A stretch of 64,000 nucleotides of DNA from Amphiscolops sp. MND2022 (lineage: Eukaryota). The position numbers and the translations under genes were made by a program. The stretch spans positions 39,742,001 through 39,806,000 of the forward strand of contig OZ076409.1 in NCBI GenBank assembly GCA_964187785.1, read 5' to 3'. The notes under the pieces were generated by a model, which did not search any database, had not been told where the DNA came from, and saw only the letters and a program-made list of their open reading frames with translations. Positions 11,499 to 23,118 of the stretch are shown here, piece by piece. Each line of letters opens with the position of its first letter. The first letter of the stretch is position 1.

Positions 11499-14400
11499 GA
11501 TTAGCCTGCGACATCGGTACGTGTGATTACGTTACGAACAAAGCATCAAACTTGGCACGCCATCGTTCATCGTGCAAAGGTATGCCCCTGGAGGAGTGGA
11601 AAGTGAAGGAGCGCACATGTGAAAAATGTGGGCAGTTGTTCATGACAAAAATGAACAGAGTGCACCACCAACAATCTGCCAAATATTGCACCGTGCAGGC
11701 GCAGACACCTGGAAAGATGAGACAATACAGTAATTGTTATTTACATATGTAATACAGTGATACTTTTTCTCAATTTTGATATAATTTTGCATAAAATTTC
11801 TGAAACATTTTATGTTTAATCAACCCCCTGATATAGCCGAAGCCCCTGATGAGTTTTGATTCAGGAATCTCTTAAAATCTCAACGAAAATTTGCTGTAAA
11901 ATTGAGCTTTTTTGAAAAGACATGTGTTAGGATAAGATTTCGAATAATAACCTTTTAAAACAGGCTCGTGTTAATTCAATTGAAAAAAAATGTGTAATGT
12001 AATTTACATATGTAATGTAGAGGCTGCAAGGGGCGAGAAGAGGACCCCGTACTCGTGCCAGGGATGTGACGCCACATACATGTATCGCAGCAATCTGCGC
12101 GAACACATGGCCAGATCTACAAAATGCCATGCTCTTCTCCCTGCCATGCCCAAGGAACTCACATTTGAATCGGTCCCACCAGCCCCATTTGGGACAGTCA
12201 AGTTCTTCAAGTACTGCGAGTCTCTTCCACTGAATGGGAATTTCCATGTGGCACAGTGGGACGGGCCAGTGGATGACCAGAGCTCCAAACTGAAGAACTT
12301 GCTCCGACAAAGGATTCCACTGCTGTGGAAAAATGGAGCTGCATGTTGCAAGGGCCTCTCTATTCCAACTTCTGACCTCAATTATCCATCGTTTGTGGAA
12401 TATTTGCTGCAACCGGAAAATCTGCAGCACACCGAAGTGGAACTGGATGTGAAGTCTGCCAAAATTGGGAAGGTAAGCACATTGTCACAGTGTTGTTTGT
12501 ACATTGATCGTTGTTGCTTAATGAATTTTATTAATCTTCAGACACGCAAGTTGAGTGCAAAGGAATTTGTTCGAGAGCTCCGGGAAGGAAACAAACCTTA
12601 CGAACCTCTGAATGTCATTGACATCCAGTTGAAACCTAAGGTAGTTATATCATTTTTCATTTTGTGTATATTATATTATTCACATTATATAATGTGTATT
12701 ATATTTATTCACATATATTTTGTGTATGCATTTTTCATTCAATTAGGGCCTCTATCACATGCCGTCAATGGTGAAGGAGGCTTCTATCAGCCGTTATATC
12801 GATTCCCTGGCCAGTCTAGAAGACATGGAGCCATATCGCAAGAGCCACTTTCGCAAGATGGGTGCCATACGACATGGCACAGGAATTTTTCGGCCACGTC
12901 CGTGTTTTACGTGGTCCTCAGAGGCACGAAAATCTTTTTCCTGGTGGAACCGACTGATGCCAATGTTGCTATATTTGACCGTTGGTCTGAAGCGGAGTCC
13001 GACGTTTAGTATGTTATTTGTCACTCAGTTTGCCATAAATGACGGCGATGTTTTGATATGCTATAATTTTTATATTACTTTTAATCCCACTTTCTTTGGC
13101 AACATAAAGGAACTCGAGGGGCGGATTGTGTTGAATGCTGGCGATTGTTTGGTGATGCCAGCGCATTTCATCCACCTGGTTCTGACTAAAGGTATTCTGA
13201 GTGATTGGTTAATTTAATCATAAATATTATCAAGGTTGCAAATTAAACATGTTTTTTTCAATTTATACCGTTTTTTTTTCGAAACAAATCATGTTTTTTT
13301 TTGTTTTTTATTGTTTTTTTTCAAATAAATGCAAAATAACTGCAGACTCATCTAATAAAACATACAACACAGTCAAATTTTAGCTATTCGATAAAACGAC
13401 GTCATTAAACTTTCGTTTAAACACCTGTTTGAACCACTGCCAACATTGAATATTATTCATAATTGATTAAAAATATAATGCGTTTAGGAAATTCAGTTGC
13501 AATCGGGACCAATTTTTTGGCGAAGGGACACCTTGACGTCATTTTGAAGCAGTTCGTGGAGGACAAAAAGCTCTTAAACGAGGGGCTTCTTTGCGATGAA
13601 GAAATGTTCCCGGGACTGGCAGACATGATGGCGGTATTTCTTTACGTGACACTGCGAAAAAAGTTGAGTTTCAATCTCATCGACGATGTACTCGCCATCA
13701 ATAGCGTCATCATGGATAAATACAACGAAGACAATGTGAAAAGTGTAAGTATTGAGAATTGTGTAAATTGAACTGTCGATTTGCCATCGGTCGCGAGCCA
13801 ACTCATTTTATATATTTATTATATAAACTTTTTTAATATTTTCATATACATTTTATACATATATTATATATTTATAATATATTTATTTTGGCACTTTTTA
13901 TATATTAAAAAAAACTGAACTGTCGATTTGCCATCGGTCGCGAGCCAACTCATTTTATATATTTATAATATAAAATATATTTTTTTTATAATTATATATA
14001 TTTTATACATATTTTATATATTTATATGTTTATAATATATTTATTTTGGCACTTTTTATATATTAATAAAAAACTGAACTGTCGATTTGCCATCGGTCGC
14101 GAGCCAACTCATTTTATATACTTATAATATAAAATATTTTTTTAATATATTTATATATATTTTATACATATTTTATATATTTATATGTTTATAATATATT
14201 TATTTAGGCAAATTTTATATATTAATGAAAAACTGAATTGTCAATTTGCCATCGATCGCGAGCACACATAATGTATTGTTTATTTTTTAGATTATCCCAG
14301 GCTTCAGCAAAACCAAACTGGCAAATAGAATTGCCAATGCGGTGCCACCAGTGGAGGCCACGTCATCGCCTCGTTGCCTGTTGGACTCCAAGCCGATTAC

Positions 14401-14629
14401 AACCCTAAATTTTGGCGCAAACTTGGCTGCAATTCCCACGTGGAAAGGTGACCTGGTAGAGGGGGAGGCTGCAACAACTACCACGGAGACTCCATTAACC
14501 ACTGAGGACCTCATTGCAGACATGGTTTCCCTGCAGTGCACTGACCCCGATTTTGTGCCACGTCGGCACGAAATCTTGGAAGTCTTGAAACCTGGTTTCA
14601 GGCATTTCAAACTCTGTGAAACTCTGTGA
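11499..14629 (+). CDS. Multi-exon zinc-finger + JmjC (KDM2/KDM7-like) histone demethylase gene; this copy appears lesioned
   Basis: Predicted exons 11499-11729, 12021-12472, 12542-12640, 12747-13008, 13085-13191, 13488-13744, 14291-14629, with compatible phases if one frameshift is allowed. Three Cys/His fingers at the N-terminus (CDIGTC...H...C; CEKC...H; CQGC...H...C). The start exon was not located. Confidence 0.8.
12747..13771 (+). CDS. JmjC catalytic core (exons 4-6)
   Basis: LSQDGCHTTWHRNFSATSVFYVVLRGTKIFFLVEPT...TFFGNIKELEGRIVLNAGDCLVMPAHFIHLVLTK|GNSVAIGTNFL aligns with KDM2 [36 protein letters not shown]...[45 protein letters not shown]. Confidence 0.9.
13766..14263 (+). repeat. Intronic AT-rich minisatellite (147-159-bp units), each unit headed by the element motif
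   Basis: aactgaactgtcgatttgccatcggtcgcgagccaactcatttt; motif copies at 13779, 13926, 14085 and 14244. Confidence 0.9.
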
Positions 14630-17264
14630 AACTAGAAACTGTTTTCTTGTTAGTTATTTTCTTATTTAGTTGTGAAACTTGTTTTCTCATTTATTATTTA
14701 TTCTTTTATTTAGAAGAAATTATTTTCTTACTTAGTAGAACTCGTTTTCTTTAGTTGTTTTACGAAGTCGCACGTGAACTTAAAAAAAACATTCAGACAG
14801 AAGAAAATTTCAATGTTACTTTTGAAAAAACATTTTTAAAAAGTATTAAAACAAAATTCCCCGGTTGGGGGGTCTTATTTACAGGTACTGCAGTCAATGA
14901 CGAATAGAATAGTACCTGGCCCCATCTTTTTGAGAGAGAACTTAACTGGCCCCATCTTAAGAGAACTTAAAAAAATAATTTCCAAAATAAATTCAGAAAG
15001 TATGAACTTTTCATGTGTTTTTTGGAAGAACATCAAAACCTATTCCTTTGAGTTTGTATTCCCGTCCTTTTGAACCAACAACATTGAACCAAGTTGAGAT
15101 TGTCCATCTGAGACCCCCCTGGTCCCACTTCACCAAAATTTGTTCTATTACTCACCGTCTTCATACTACAGTCGCGCGTGTACTAACTGCACACACGTAC
15201 ATGTACTCGTTCACACTGGACTGCATACAAGCAATTATGACGTCACCACTTGTTCACGGCTGTACTGCATACACTCACATTTCGTTCACATTGCATGCAA
15301 TCGTTCACACTGTACACACTGTTCACTGTACATTTACTGCATATACTGCGTGGTTTATTCAACAAAATAATTGAAAACTACAGAAAGTACATTATATTGT
15401 GGTTTGTAGTATTTTTGTTATATTTTCAAGAATTATTTCAAGAATCACGGACACGTCTTATTTCCCCCAGGTACAAACGATGTCTATATGATTACATACA
15501 GGTATGTACATACATTTCAATATCCTGTACACAAATAATACTAGATGAACCATAAAAAACGGAATGCATAAAAATTTTCGAGCTAACAAATTTTCAAATA
15601 TTTGTCAACAAAAGTTTCAAAACAACTCTGAACAATGCAATTCAGCTCGTCAGTCATTCAATTTGACAACTTTTTTCGAAGCCAAGAAACTTTCACACAT
15701 AAAAATTGTGAACTAAATGACTGGTAAAGACGTCTAGGCTACGTGTATTTCTGAAGGTTCAGATTAATCTTTCTTGAAGAATTGATTACGCAATGAGATG
15801 ATGATTGACAAAAGAAAGGGAAAGATTCTCCGTGTGTTGTTTACAAATATTAAGATTTTGAAGAGTGAATAATTTTTGTGCGTTCCGTTTTTTTGGTTAA
15901 CCTAGTACATTACATTCCCATTAAAGCAAAATTGACGGATTGTCTCCAGAGATGTTTCGACACGTTATTGCTTTTAAATTAGACATTATTGGATTATATT
16001 ATTTTTTATCGGAATGCTCAAGGTAATGTCTAGTTCTTTTCATCGCAAACTATGCTCAACGCAAATTTTCTATTTTCTGATCTTTTTTGAAATCGTTCTT
16101 TGTTAATTTCTCTACACACAGGATTGCATCGTTGATTTTTTCGAAAGGAATCTGATGAAAACAATAGATGATTCCAAACAATGAAAAAATAAATAATTTA
16201 TCAATAAATTTTATAAATAAATAATAAATTAATGTTTCATGAAATGTTCAATTTGATGAAATGTTTTATGCAACGACTGCTGTTCTCACTGCAAAGTATT
16301 GGTACGTTTTTGCTCAGTATTTCAAAGATCCACACCCTGTGATCCCATTGTGAGTTTCTGGTTACTTTATAATAATTAGAATTATTTATGCTTTGAATGT
16401 TTGAATTTTTCCAATGAGACCCTTCAGAGGCCACGTTCTCGACGTGGGTCTTGTTAAGGGCGACACTATGTGATCCCCTAACTGAGAGCCTCTTTAAAAA
16501 TACAATGTACTGGGAAAAAGTGTAACATTGTTGTGATTTTTGTTATCATAGCAACCACTCGTTCCCGACATTTTCGTTACAACCAACATTGGTGTGAATG
16601 ACTTTTTAAAATTTCTACAAAGTTTAATTTTGGACTCTGTGCGAAGAAAATGTGTAATGTGTAAAGTGTACCATCGGTCGCGAGCCAACACGTTATATAC
16701 AATTAAAGTATTTATATTTTAAATTAAAATGGCAATTTCCCATCGATCGCGAGCCAACACATTGTACAGTTTAACTTCAGTATCACACATGTGCACTATA
16801 GTGTAACCTTCAGAATAACGCACATAGTTTGTGCCCCCGAGTTTGGTTTTTATCATTTGGTCTTTTTCGCTTATAACACACACTTCAGAATAACGTACTT
16901 GAGCGTTTTCTCCCAGCGAGGTGTATAATACTGAAGTTAAACTGTATACATTTATATTTTAAATTGAAATGTTCTTTTGCCATCGGTCGCGAGTCCAGAG
17001 GAGGTGTGTGCGGTGGAGCTCAATATAGCAGATTACCCAATCAGAGACCAGTATTCAGCTGCGCGCGGTCGTTTAATCTTTTAATCACACCTAATTAAAT
17101 CGTGCATGTGTTAAATCGTTCACTATTGAATTCGTCACATTTTTTGTCAAAATGTGTTGGGATATACTTTAGGACTCATAAAACGTTGTTATAGATCATT
17201 TGGAAGTTGTTCTTCGTGAATAATATGTTCGTCAATTTTTCATTATTAATAAATATTACGTGGT

Positions 17265-17549
17265 GTGCAACCTGTCCAGACCGTGCAACTTGCATGTAAC
17301 TTGTCACCAAAATCGAAGCAAAAAACGAGCAAGTTGTCATAAATAATGAAGGTCTTCCCGAGGGGTATAAATTTTTGTTTATCGATAAATCAACGTTTTT
17401 TGCGCTCAATAAGACTTTCTAGAAATTTTATCCAGGTTTTTCATCTCAAAAAAAAGTTATACCTTGTTACATCTTGCCCGCCAAGTTGCACTCGGGAAAG
17501 TGGAACTTGTCATAATATTAGGTTTTTCCCTAGTGCAACTTGGCCGAAT

Positions 17550-17562
<13 letters not shown>
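17265..17562. repeat. Right subterminal GTGCAACTTG cluster and terminal inverted repeat
   Basis: Copies at ~17265, 17283, 17296, 17330, 17482, 17500 and 17533, followed by aatattaataataata. Confidence 0.8.

Positions 17563-17610
<48 letters not shown>
17553..17610 (+). repeat. (AAT)n microsatellite (about 19 units), right flank
   Basis: Pure aat run directly visible. Confidence 0.95.
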
Positions 17611-19522
17611 GCGTCGATGAAGCTTCCTAACTAGTGCTACCAGTGATTGACAGTTCAACTTTGCGAAGCATTGTATAAATCCTGCGGTAAATTTCTCATT
17701 TTTCTGTTTTCTGAGAAAATGTAAATGTAACACCATTTTGTGGTCAGTCAGGACGCCAGCGTTGTTTCTGGGCTAAAAATGATTAGGCAACATTTTCTCT
17801 GCGCAGTGTCTGAACGGTTGCAACTTCTGTGCTACTTTCTTCCAGTCGTATCGGTGGAGGGAAGTCAATCATTGATAGAGACGATAGAAGAAGGGCTTCG
17901 CGATGTTTTCAATCACCTTCGTTTCGGTGAAACCAAGGTTGTTTTTCATAATCTGGGTGTGGTTTCAAACTTCATTTTTCTAACAAGCTTGTAAATACGC
18001 GATATTTCTGTTTTCTCGGCAGTTCGGGCAATGACAGAACCAAAATTTAGCGGGCGACGGGCAGAGTCATGTAAGCCCGCATCTTTGACGCAGGAACAAC
18101 TTTTTGAGAGGATGGTAAAAATGGAAAAAACATCCCTGTTCACCAATCGAAATAGATGAAGTTTAGCATGTCCCTTGGGAAAAGGTTGCTTACCAAAACT
18201 GTAGGTGCAACTTTTTGGCTATGGTCTTTAGAAGTATATTTTTACCCTTTTTGCGTTTTTTTGTTTCTTACGTCTTTGTTTTTGTTTTGATAACTTGTTT
18301 CCAGGACATCTCAGCCTTTTTGGTAGATTTTACGTTGTGTTGAGTTATCTGAAAAAACGTCTGCTGGAAAAATTTGATTGCAATCGGATCACTCTCTCCT
18401 ACTTTTTCCACCCATATATGAGGAAACGCCTTTTCTGAGAATGAAGCTGTGGATCTAGTGTGCCCGCAACTTGTCGAGAGTGATGAGGAAGATCCATGAT
18501 ATGTGTGGGTTTTCACCCCTACCCTCTGGGACCAAAAGTGACTTCATCATTTTCATTATTAAGGAGTCGTTTTAAGAGCGCCCTACAGGTTATCAAAGTT
18601 GAAATACAACGTAGGCCCAACTTCGTGACCACATGGTGACCAGTCGTTCGTACGGCTATGGCCGGAACTGAGGTAAAAATCAGCTTTTTGATGTTCTTGA
18701 CAGTTTGAACTGAATTTGGATCAAGTTTACGTCAAGAAAGTCCAATGAACTAGTATGAGCATGAAGTGCAAGTTAATTGGGGATTCATAAGCGATACTTT
18801 CTTTGTTTTACCGGAAGTAACACCCGTGACCGGAAGTTGACCGCATTGACAAGAAATGCTAAAAAGTTAGTGCAAAGTATGTTGTTTCTTTGATGCCAGT
18901 TTTTTGAACCTTTTTCTAAACCCAATACATGCTTTTTACCATGTTTCGCTAATTTTGTTAATACTGGGTCATCTTTATCACCCCTGATAGCCTTACAAAT
19001 TGACCTTGTGTTATTCTTAGAAAAAAGGTAAAAATAAAACAGATTAGTGCTCTCGTTCTTGTAGATGTTTATTTTCCTCAAATCCTTTGGATGCACTGAG
19101 ACAATTACTCAACTCCTCGTTTCAAACATGTTTCAGCGTGTATAGAAACGCCCTCTAGTCTAACGCTGTCTTCAACTTGCAATACACTTATATCGTTCTC
19201 TAGATGTCGGTCTTCGTGACGTTTTATGTCACCATCCAATAGTCAATTTTACTACTGAATCAGTCTACATTCTTTTTTTTCTTGGCTCTCTGTCCCTAAG
19301 TGTTCCTGCTTGCTTTGTTTTTCTTTTGCTCTCCGAGTGCTTTGTTATTCACCTAATCCAACCACTACCTTTATGGTTAGCGCGTACGTAGAAAGAGCCA
19401 ACTGTAGTAATTAAATTTTTTGTTTTTAGGGCTGACGAACTTGCAGATTTTATGTTTTACCAGCTGCTGCTCGGGAACTTGTAACTTCTACAGTTATTTG
19501 ACACAGAGATTAATCAATATTT

Positions 19523-19967
19523 TTGTCGGCGCTTTTCTTGAAAAGAGGCGACAATAGTCATGGCTTTTCGTCAGTTTTTTTTCAAAACACTTGCACTGAC
19601 CAAAATAGTCCACCAAAAGTTCTACAAAATATAAAGGTAGGCCCCAAATTGCACGTGTTGGTCCAGGGAACTGAGCCAAAAAAGTGTTTCCTTTTTTTGC
19701 GTAACATACATTACCGGGTCCCAATTTCGTTTTTTTGGCATTGTGCGACTTTTTTCGAAAAGTTTTTTCCCACCAAAAGGTCCTCCCTTGAATTTTTGGA
19801 GTTTCGAGACACAATGGATGTTGAAAAATCCCAAAGGGTCCCCCCTTTCAGTTTGTTCGACATTGTGAGATTTTTTAAATTTTTTTTCATAAAAGGGTCC
19901 CCAATTCACCACTACTTAACAATTTGAAGTCCTTTTGATATTTTGGGCTTTAGATATGGCGCCTACT
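19523..19967 (-). mobile_element. Non-autonomous TIR repeat (MITE-like), family with AGTCGGCGC ends
   Basis: gtcggcgc at the left, tagatatggcgcctactt at the right, internal aagggtcccccctt motifs shared with other copies. Confidence 0.6.
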
Positions 19968-21881
19968 TGGGCTGGCCCGGCTTGTTTGAATTGTCAGAAG
20001 CAAAAGGACGTGTGTTCGAGTCCCGCAATTGACCATATTTTTAATGCTCGTCATTTCGGCTTTGTGAGATTTTTTTGAAAAAATTTCTATGTCTCCAGTG
20101 GGTCTCTTCAACTTTTTGATACTTTGCAACAAACTGGATTTCCAAAAAATACAAAAATCACCCTTTTTAAGTTCTCGGCATTGTGAGGTTTTCCTAATTT
20201 TTCGTTTTCCGTTTTCCGTGACAATTTTCTATTTTTCGACAGGTTTTCTGTGGATAAAATTGGGTTTCGTCGTGTCCCGTTGGGGAAAAAGTTTTCGAGT
20301 CTTATGTGTATCCCTTAGAGTATTTTTTGGCGCTGTAAAATTGATGAAACTTTGATAAAAGAAACTTCATTTTCTTGGACCTTCAGCGGGGCGCGGACTT
20401 GGGCTGTTTCCGACTTATTCAACCAAAGCCAAAATATCACCGTTCGCCGTGTACTGTCTGCGTTCGTCCGCTCAATTTGGCCTTGAAAATCATGACTGTC
20501 TCGGCATTCTGATTCAATAAACAGTTTTTGCACGTTGACGTTTGGTTTCTGCGACAAAATTATCCATAAATGAATGATGTCATTGCTTTCAGAAATTGCT
20601 CTCTGATGTAGAGACATTTTTTTTCAAATGGTTCTCGTCGAAGGACAGTTTCAGTGGATCAAAAGAATGGAAACTTCTACCAGGGTTGGTTGGTGATGAA
20701 TGGATTTCATGGGTGTGAAGGTATCTGAATAAGAAATGGCGTGTCTTTTTTTGCAGAATTTTGTTGGTTTAAGGAAATGATGCGCTGGAATAAATAATCT
20801 GAAGTTGTTTAAGTTGTGACTTTCTAGAGGGGTTGGAGTCCTAGTCATTTTTTATGAAAATGAAATTCCCCATTGTGAAAAAATGTTTCTCAAATAGCTC
20901 TTCCATGATGAAATTGTTGAGCACGTAAAACTTCTGGAGAGTTGAATTCTGGTTGTGGAGAACTAATGCCAAGAAAAGTTTTCGGTATTAGAAACAGGCG
21001 AGCAATAAGATTTCGTTTTGCGGTCTGCTGGGAGCTTGAAGACCCTCGTCAAACTTCCTGGTTGATTTTGTCGGTGAAGTTATAATGAAAATGTTCTCTC
21101 CAATACAGTAGCATTTTTCTTTTTTGCATGCCTTGGTCTGCTTCAGTTGCTTTCGTAGCATTTGCCTTGGTCTGCTATTATCTCTTCCCATTTTTCCTTG
21201 TTGTGGGGTAGGATCTGGTTTGCTACGGAGGTTTTGTTTCGATTTTGCTTCCGTGACAGCTAAAGCATGCTCCAAAGTCTTTTCTTCTTATATCATTTCA
21301 AAAACTTCCGAAAGTGCTGTGTTGTTTTAGTGCCGGTACCACTGAACCGCACGTATAGGTTTTTTGACTTCCTTATTGTGTTTTGTTATTCACTTTGATA
21401 ACTTTTCTGCTATGGACAATATGCATGAGATCTTTTTCTTGTTCTGCATGAATTGTTGCTCTTTTTTAAATCAAAATCTTGACTTTTCACTTTTTTTCGC
21501 AATCAGGGTTAGTCCTAAAGTGTCGTATTTTTCTGGAGCATCCCTTAGTTTTCCCAAGTTTTCATTTCAGTATCTACATAACAGAAGTTACTGAGTGTAA
21601 CTAAGGGTGTTTCAGGTTTTTCACCTCTGGAGGCTCTATATCAGCTGAATAACTTCGTTTGCTACCAAGACGAATTGTTTTTCCGCAGCATCGTACCTCA
21701 GCATCAGCTCTTTCAAACGTTGTTCAACTAGTACTTCGTCTTTTTCGCTGCGTTTGTCGTCGCTTTCTTTTGCCTTCGTTATTACTTTTGCCTGAAATAA
21801 TCATTGCAGTGAAGACACTATTCTGGAAGCAACTGAGATCCAAAAAAGAAGACTAAAGAAGAACAAGACGGGAATGTCTAA

Positions 21882-23118
21882 AGTCGGCGATATATCTAAG
21901 GCTTAAAAAGCGCAAAAGATTTTTTTTTGAGAAAAAACTTGAAATTTTTGAATTTTTTTCTTTCAGAAACCGTCGCATAGTGCCGAAAAATGTGAAAGGG
22001 GACCCTTTGGGCTTTATTAACATAAATTCTGTTGCAAAATATGAAAAAACTCGAAGGGGGACCCTTTTGAGACATTAAAAAATTTTTCGAAAAAAATGCG
22101 CACAGCGCCGAAAAAAATCCAAAGGGGGGACCCTTTAGGCACGTCCGGTTTTGTAGGTTACGTTAAAATAGTAAAAAATGAAAGGGGGGACCCTTTTGCA
22201 CTAATTTCCTCTGACCGGGTTTGGCCTTATGGTAGTAGTTTTAGTAGTTTCGATTGTAAGAAAAGTGGCCCAATCAGTGTGAGATTGTAGTCTGACGAAA
22301 AAAAAGAAAAAAAACTAGCCACTGTAAGTGTCGGGCACTTTTCCCTAGAAAAGCGCCGACTAAAAAGAAGGAATTCCCCTTACCCCAGTTGTGAAGAAAT
22401 ATTCCTACCTTCTTTTTAGTCGGCGCATTTTAGTAGAAAATGTGCCCGACTCCTACAGTGGGTAGTTTTTTTTACTCGCGTAAGGTCCACTTTATTGTTC
22501 ATTTGTTCAGTTTGACCAAAACATAGAACCTTAGAACCTCATCCAAAATTATGAAGCCGACCTCCAGAACCTTGAAAACAACTAAGGATTCCCACTTTGG
22601 CTATCTGGGTGTTTTTAACTTGGATTTTTTTTCGGCACTATGAGACTTTTTTTCGAAAATTTTTTGATTGTAACAAAGGGTCCCCCTTCAATTTTTTTGA
22701 TCTTTTGGAACATAATAGATGTTTGAAAGTCCCAAAGGGTCCCCCCTTTCAGATTTTTTGGCACTATGAGACTGTTCAAAATTGTCATTTTTCATCTGAC
22801 ATTAGGTTTTCTCAATACATATCCAACAATATTTTTTTCAATACTATCCGAAGTTTGAACGTAATATCCGGAGTAAAGCGCTATATCCGAATTTTTGACG
22901 TTATTTCCGAAGTATATTCCGTTTCACTGAGGAGGAGGCGGAGATTCGAAAACAAGTGCTCGCATTTGTCCCAGCCGCTATATCCGAACTTCTGAAGCTT
23001 TTCCCAGCACGGAAGGCTTCCTTTGGGTGAAACTTTTTTGTGAGTTTTTCATAAAAAATCGTCATGAGCATTTTTTGAAAATTTTGCACTTTTTGAGCCT
23101 TAGATATAGCGCCGACTT
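21882..23118. mobile_element. Two AGTCGGCGC-ended MITE-like copies arranged tail to tail
   Basis: Copy 1 ~21882-22362 (+), copy 2 ~22415-23118 (-). The junction gcgccgactaaaaagaagg...ccttctttttagtcggcgc is an inverted repeat. Confidence 0.65.

Larger units (their letters stand above)
6056..17562. mobile_element. ~11.5-kb tyrosine-recombinase (Crypton-like) DNA element carrying SET-ZnF-YR and ZnF-JmjC genes, inserted in (AAT)n
   Basis: The left end tattattattaatatttgtgacaagttgcac is an imperfect reverse complement of the right end gtgcaacttggccgaatattaataataata. (AAT)n lies on both sides, GTGCAACTTG clusters lie at both ends, a YR ORF is inside, and a private motif is confined to this interval. 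Confidence 0.8.

Noticed and set aside
11990-13009. The 339-aa ORF read as a single exon
   Set aside because: It runs through AT-rich introns with good GT-AG sites (12473-12541, 12641-12746), and the intronic translations do not align with JmjC.
17551-17736. Poly-Asn / poly-Tyr ORFs
   Set aside because: Translations of the (AAT)n microsatellite.
17740-21600. Scattered coding-like fragments (17946-18146, 18785-19096, 20315-21275)
   Set aside because: Probably decayed transposon ORFs, but no motif was recognised, so no call was made.
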